Assembly: GCA_951406725.2 (NCBI GenBank)
Contig: OX597823.1
Location: forward strand, 44,516,001 to 44,580,000
Length of the DNA stretch: 64,000 nucleotides
DNA from: Octopus vulgaris
Lineage: Eukaryota
Direction: 5' to 3'
The translations under genes were made by a program, and so were the position numbers. Numbering within the stretch: the stretch's first letter is position 1; every line of letters begins with the position of its first letter. Below, one piece after another: positions 57,945-64,000 of the stretch. Under the pieces are notes generated by a model, which searched no databases, was not told the origin of the DNA, and saw only the letters and a program-made list of their open reading frames with translations.

Positions 57945-58500
57945 GTGGTCACTGCAATTACAATAGATACACGGCCTTCAACGCTGCTACACCAGTGTGG
58001 AAGATATCACCTACATCATCAGCAGCTGCCCCAAAATGTCTACGAGATACTATCTGCCTTTGAGGCATGATATAGTTGCAAAGACTATTTACAATGCTAT
58101 CCATAGGAAAGACTGCCCTGATGTGTACGTCAAAGGCATGTCAGAACCAACATGTATTTGCACCTTTAAAAACAAGGAATATTGGTGAACACCCCAATAA
58201 AATCATAAATTCGGTGCAAACATAACAGTTGATATTGTTGTATGGAACAGGAAACAAAAGCCATGCGCTGTTGTAGAGGTTAGCTGCCCAGCAGACGTGA
58301 ATGTACAATCAAAAGTCCAGGGAAAAGAGAACATATATGGCGAATTAATACCGAACTTGTAGCGATTGTACATTGACTATAACTTTTCAATTGTACCAAT
58401 CATCATAGGTGCATTAGGTTATGTATCAACAAATTTGTACAAACATCTAGAAACACTTGGTTTCACAGAAAAAGTTCTGTCAATGACCAAACTGTTTTTC
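57945..58500 (+). mobile_element. RLE-LINE family B-like relic
   Basis: EDITYIISSCPKMSTRYYLPLRHD, VEVSCPADVN, PIIIGALG. Confidence 0.85.
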
Positions 58501-59214
58501 CGATATTTAACAATATGTGTTACTGGTCACACACGCACACACGTACCAGATAGGTGCGCACGCACGTACGCATACAACAGGGATATATATGCAGACACAT
58601 TTACACTAGCTGCATACACACATTCATTTCCAACCAGTAATATCTCTCAACAGAAAAATGAACGCGCACATACCAAATGCACGCACTTCCATCACATACA
58701 CATCAACTCGTAACAAGAATGTGCAAATATCAAATGCCCGGGTACACACACTAGACACACATACATACACAGCAGATACAAATGGACGCATACACTTCGG
58801 ATACAGAATCAATCGTACTAGATATATACATTCACACATCGATTATCCATGCACATACATACATACATCAACGAATTGATGTCACCAACACAAACTCATA
58901 TACATACGTACACGTACCACACACACACACACACACACATACTCATACATTACACTTGCCAGCGATCTGATGTCGCCAACATACAAAACCCCAAGAAAAC
59001 TTGCATGGAGCCAGATTAAAATATCATTAAACAAATTACAGTCGTTCACTCTGTCCGTTATCGGACGGAGTCTGCAACTATTGAAGAGGTTGTAAGAAGT
59101 AACGAAAATTTTAGAAAAATGAAATCTTTAAACAAGTAAATGAGTGAAATTTGAACCGGTGAGTGTGTTATTTAATAAGGCAATAAAACAGAACGGCTCT
59201 CCCCAGACACAACG

Positions 59215-59277
<63 letters not shown>

Positions 59278-59419
59278 TGTGTGTGTGTATGTGTGTGTGC
59301 ACATACACACACATATATACATACATATATTTATTCATTTATACATAATTAAGGATAAAACCATTTTAATTTAATCAAGTGGACAGCGTGTAATAAAACC
59401 ATATTGGTGACAATTTATA

Positions 59420-59471
<52 letters not shown>

Positions 59472-59491
59472 GAGAGAGAGACAGAGAGAGA

Positions 59492-60382
59492 CGAGGAGAT
59501 ATCCAAAAGAAACCGGAATTTTGCAATATTATTTTATTTACTTAGTTTTACATGTTTACACTTTTATCGTCTTCAAAGTATCTTCCATTTGAAACAACGC
59601 ATCAGTCTAGACGCGTTTTCCGCTGTTCGGAGCAATACTGAAACTCTTGTGAAGTGTTGCCTTTAACGCCTACGTCGTTTTTTTTCCTTTACTTCTTCCA
59701 TATCTGCAAGATCCGCAACACCAGTTTTCATCACTAGTGATCAAATTTTGAATTGAAGTCCGGTTCAACTTCCGACAGTTCTTTCAGCTCATGATACGCA
59801 TTCAGTCGTAACTGCTTTTGATCTTCCATGAGCAAGCGAGGCACAAATTTTGCTACAACTGTTTTCATTCGCAATTCCTCGCTCAAAATGTGTTGGTAGG
59901 AGCTCCAGTATACACCAATCATATCAACAAATTTGTCAATTGTTCAGTTACGGTCTTCTAAGATCAGATAAAGAATTTTCATGATGTTTTCATTTGTTCA
60001 GGAGGTTGATGGTCACCCTGAACGACAAGTGACTATTGTTAAAGCGTGAAAACCACTCGTAAACTTGTATTTTGCTCATGGAAACGTCCTTGTAAGCTGC
60101 TTGAAGCATGACATCTGTTTCGGCGGCCGTTTTCCCCCAGCAGAAAACAGAATCTCACAAAAGCACGCCCTTCCTTCGTTTCAGCCATCACAAAAATCGA
60201 CGTACGAGGGAGAAGCACTGCAAAACAAAAAAGCACCACATAGCAGAACGACCACACTAGACGCCACCGGTCAGCAGACTGATGCCTGAGGGTTGCATCA
60301 AGTAGCATCTAGCAGTGCAAGCCCGACCTACAACGGGGTTGCCCCACAGAGAACGTTTCAGGTTGCATTTGGGTACCTCTTC

Positions 60383-60383
<1 letters not shown>
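59492..60383 (-). mobile_element. mariner element with both TIRs and internal deletion of most of the catalytic domain
   Basis: Diverged TIRs CGAGGAGATATCCAAAAGAAACC / CGAAGAGGTACCCAAATGCAACC; RAFVRFCFLLG, AKFVPRLL, DENW, GRYFE. Confidence 0.88.
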
Positions 60384-60438
<55 letters not shown>

Positions 60439-60479
60439 GTAATTATATATATATAAATTATATATATACATACATATGT

Positions 60480-60810
60480 AATTAAAATAAGCAACAGTAT
60501 ATCAAGAAGTGATGTAGCACGACCGTTTCAAGCGGCTTGATTTAATTGAACAATGCAGTCATTACATCAATTTAAATGCAGTGCTATCATCAGCTGCGTA
60601 AATAAATATAATTTTAACCAGTTGGATACAGTAATATAATTTTTCCCAAATACTTTAAATGGAGCCGCTTGAAACGGACGTACTGCATCACTTCTTGATA
60701 TCCTGTTGCTTGTTTTAATTTTATTCACCTTACTTCGAGCTGTGTGGATAATACCGGATTGACCTGGTGCTTCAACTTAAGTACCTAATTCAACTGAATC
60801 TCAATTATTT
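60480..60810. mobile_element. Fold-back cassette with a complete hammerhead motif and family tail
   Basis: Arms 60480-60537 and 60663-60720; minus GCAG CTGATGA...GCTT GAAA CGGTCG TG; plus arm GAAA CGGACG TA CTGC. Confidence 0.75.
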
Positions 60811-60970
60811 CTTTTATATATATGTGTGTGTTTGTGTGTATGTTTGTGCCTGTGTATCTGTGTGTGTGTGTGTGTGTGTGCAATGCATCCACTCTATTGC
60901 CTTATATTAATTGTGCGCTTTTTCTGATTCATGAATCCTTCCCAGAACACAAACATACATACGCACGCAT

Positions 60971-61019
<49 letters not shown>

Positions 61020-61984
61020 CAAGTGCGCGCATGCTTTATTAGATACAAACTGTAGAAAGAGATTTCAATGTATATAGTAGACTGTATATGTGTAGGTACA
61101 GTCAAATGTACACATTTCTACTGAAGTCAATATAAATACATTTGTGATTTGAAGGTTTAAGCTTTCATCTAAATGAAACATAAAACTACAAAACAGCCTT
61201 CTACAATAGTCTCTAACTTCGAGGCTGATGTTTGTATAAAATTTTTAAAATGAGTTTCAATCTGGTGTATTGTATAGCATAACGACCGTGTTAGTGATGG
61301 CTGTTATACTTGTTACTATTTCGATAGCCGTCGCTTTGTTGACAGCAAAAATGAAAAATTTATATTCAAATTGATTGTTCATTTAAAATACTAACTTTAA
61401 TATAAAATATATTCTGTTTTGTCTTCGATAGAATTAGAGAATTATTAACTTTCATTTTCAAAGAAATAGTCGCTATGTTATACGATTTTCAATTATTGAA
61501 ATTTATGTTGCTTTCCTCAGCGAAAGCTAAATAAATGATTTTTTTATTAATATTGTTTAACTAAAAATATATATTTCCAAAATATTTTACCATCTGATAA
61601 CTTGGTATGCAAATTCTACAACATTTACTTTTACTCAACTGGCTTCTCCAGAAACAACGATCCTTATTAATATTCTACATTCACCATTATGATGCCTCTT
61701 TCTAGATGTGTAAATGAATTCTCTGATCTACAACTGTTCCCAGAGGCTTGTTGGAGGCTTATTTTGCTGATAGCAACGTATACTTAACTGTTCTAATGTG
61801 TGAACACTGGAGCCGGAAAATACACTTGACTTTTATTTATTCCCACGAGAAAAGCAGGCCTTAAAGGAAGTTGCGATCTTTTCAGAATGGATGGTCAGGC
61901 GACATCAGATGGTTGAACAGAAATCCGGGTTAGTACCTTCATCATCAACGCCACTGCATTTTCTGACGGTTTAGTAAATTCACA

Positions 61985-62404
61985 GTAGTGTTGAAGGCCG
62001 TGTATCGAGTATAATTTCAGTGACCATTTCTGTTGTCTAAATTTCGGAGAAGCATTATAGAAGCTCCTCTTTCGGCTTTGCCGTCGTGAAGAGGTAGGCT
62101 ACATATATTTAGTGAATTCAAAAATAGTATCCTCCCTACGGATAGTATTGTAAATAGTCTTTGCAACTATATCATGCCTCATGACTAAATAGTATCTCGT
62201 AGACATTTGGAGGCAGCTGCTGATGATGTAGGTGATATCTTCCACACTGGTGTAGCAGCGTTGAAGGCCGTGTATCTATTGTAATTGCTGTGACCATTTC
62301 TGTGTTCTAAGTTTCGTTTCGGAGAAGCAACACAGAACTCCTGTTTCGTCTTTGCTGTTGTGAAGAGGTAGGCCACATGTATTTACTGAATTCAAAAATA
62401 GTGT
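61985..62404 (-). mobile_element. RLE-LINE relic with ~145-bp direct duplication
   Basis: 62130-62295 is a near-identical reverse complement of ~57946-58110; 61986-62130 repeats 62252-62404. Confidence 0.75.
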
Positions 62405-62682
62405 AGAATAAAGAACAACTTCATTTTCTTCTTCTACTGAATCTACGTTTCTTAGTATAATTACATTTCCAGGAAGCTTAATTAAATTTCATCATTTAGT
62501 AAGTCAAACTCGGCTTTTTTGTGCTAGAATTGTTCTTGAAGACATCTATTGTTCATTTTCGTAGTGTGTTGTTCAATCTACAAATACAAATTGAACCGGA
62601 TTTACTTTGAAGTTCACAGTTAGAAAAGGCAAAATCACAATGGTGTCTGGGAAAGGTGTGCAAACTTCGCATTGACTCCAAA

Positions 62683-62930
62683 TGGAAAACCTTTCCATGC
62701 ATCAAATACCGAAAATCGTTGAGCTCTACGAGTTACTGGGGGAATTTGCCTGAAATTTCAGCATCTTCGCTGAAGACTAATAATTTCCTTCCAAGAAGTT
62801 GCTTACTATTCGTTACATGCTGATGCGTGCGATTCAAAGCTTTGAAAAGATGTCGGTGGCACAAAAATAGCTGAGCATCGGGCAGAAGGCGACCAGTTGC
62901 GTCATGAAGAGATTTGCAGACGATCGACAA
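62683..62930 (+). mobile_element. Decayed Tc1/mariner-superfamily transposase N-terminus (HTH)
   Basis: MENLSMHQIPKIVELY...PSK..TIR...QSFEK.SV...SGRRRP with stops and frameshift. Confidence 0.45.
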
Positions 62931-63456
62931 TGTAACCTGAAAAAGTCGTTAACATTCTTGCCGTGTTACGAATCTCACTGAAAATGATCAAGAATGACAA
63001 ACGTGCATGAATGGGATAGCAACGATTCAGCCTGATGTCTATTACCCCATTCATGCCCATTTGTCATTCTTGACTGAGAATATCGTAACAAAGCACTCAG
63101 CAACCCATATAAACAGCGTTCAAAACTCATTGAGATACAGATGGATAGATAATATCTATATATTCATATATAGATATTATATATATGAGTCAAGACATTG
63201 CAAGAAAGTTAAAAAACTTTTACCGGTTACATTGTCGATCGTCTGCAAATCATCAAAACTTGCATCTCTGACTATGTCAAACAGAAGTGTTCAATTCACG
63301 ATAGATGGACAGTGTATATTTTATCAATAGTCTCTGGGATTTCTTCTGGGATTCCTTCTTCGCCAAGTATAAGAATCAACATAGGATATATATTCGGCAT
63401 TTTAATCAAAATAAGCTACAAGTTTAGTTGATTGAGCTTAATTGATTAATGAAAAC

Positions 63457-63797
63457 ATTCTTTTATTCTTTTATTCTTTTACTTGTTTCAGTCATTTGAC
63501 TGCGGCCATGCTGGAGCACCACCTTTAGTCGAACAAATCGACCCCAGGACTTATTCTTTGTAAGCCTAGTACTTATTCTATCGTTATTTTTTGCCGAACC
63601 ACTAAGTCACGGTGACGCAAACATACCAACATCGGTTGTCAAGCCATATATATATATATATACGACGGGCTTCTTTCAGTTTCCGTCTACCAAATCCGCT
63701 TACAAGGCTTTGGTCGGTCCGAGGCTATAGTAGAAGATACTTACCCAAGGGGCCACGCAGTGGGAAGCAGCTTACCACACAACCACTCCTGCGCCTA
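63457..63797 (-). mobile_element. SINE family A with (CTTTTATT)n tail
   Basis: Reverse-complement match to 7498-7890. Confidence 0.9.
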
Positions 63798-63837
63798 TAT
63801 TACATCATTATAAAAGAAACCGTTTTCGTCAGATGAA

Positions 63838-63979
63838 TTCATGAACTTCAAAATGATTTAACATTGTTTAAAATCCACGGAGCAAAAGATTTTCAGTGAT
63901 TCTGCAACTATTTCAGTGGATTTTAAAACTATGTTAAATCATTTTGAAAGTACTTAATTTCGATTTCGAAGTTCATGAA
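63838..63979. repeat. AT-rich inverted repeat (hairpin)
   Basis: ttcaaaatgatttaacattgtttaaaatccac vs gtggattttaaaactatgttaaatcattttgaa, plus outer ttcatgaacttc/gaagttcatgaa. Confidence 0.8.
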
Positions 63980-64000
63980 ACAACCGTATTGGATTGACAC

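Noticed and set aside
62733-62930. Minus-strand 65-aa ORF as a host exon
   Set aside because: No recognisable domain; the opposite strand looks like a decayed transposase.

Overview
Eukaryotic, AT-rich, repeat-saturated non-coding DNA with no recognisable host exon. The SINE families, microsatellite load and transposon mix point to a coleoid cephalopod, most likely Octopus (inference from remembered repeat families, not from a search). Almost all ORFs in the track are microsatellite read-through or decayed transposon pieces. Contents: (1) tRNA-derived SINEs of CORE-like, Meta-like and V-like types; (2) decayed LINEs: R4/Dong-type with restriction-like endonuclease (one near full length), RTE, CR1, Tx1/L1 and Jockey/I-like; (3) a Gypsy RT relic; (4) DNA transposon relics: maT DD37D, Tc1 DD34E, mariner, Merlin plus a Merlin-type MITE with TTAGGG repeats, Chapaev3-like, and two Helitrons. 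The most interesting signal is a population of about ten hammerhead-ribozyme-like motifs (CTGANGA...GAAA-palindrome-TH). Many sit in short non-coding fold-back cassettes whose ribozyme 3' halves face outward, consistent with non-autonomous Penelope-like or retrozyme-like elements. A second theme is microsatellite-targeted retrotransposition: one RLE-LINE family lands in (CATA)n, while Dong-like LINEs and an unclassified ~550-bp non-coding element land in (TAA)n. Coordinates were read by eye and may be off by a few bases at decayed ends.
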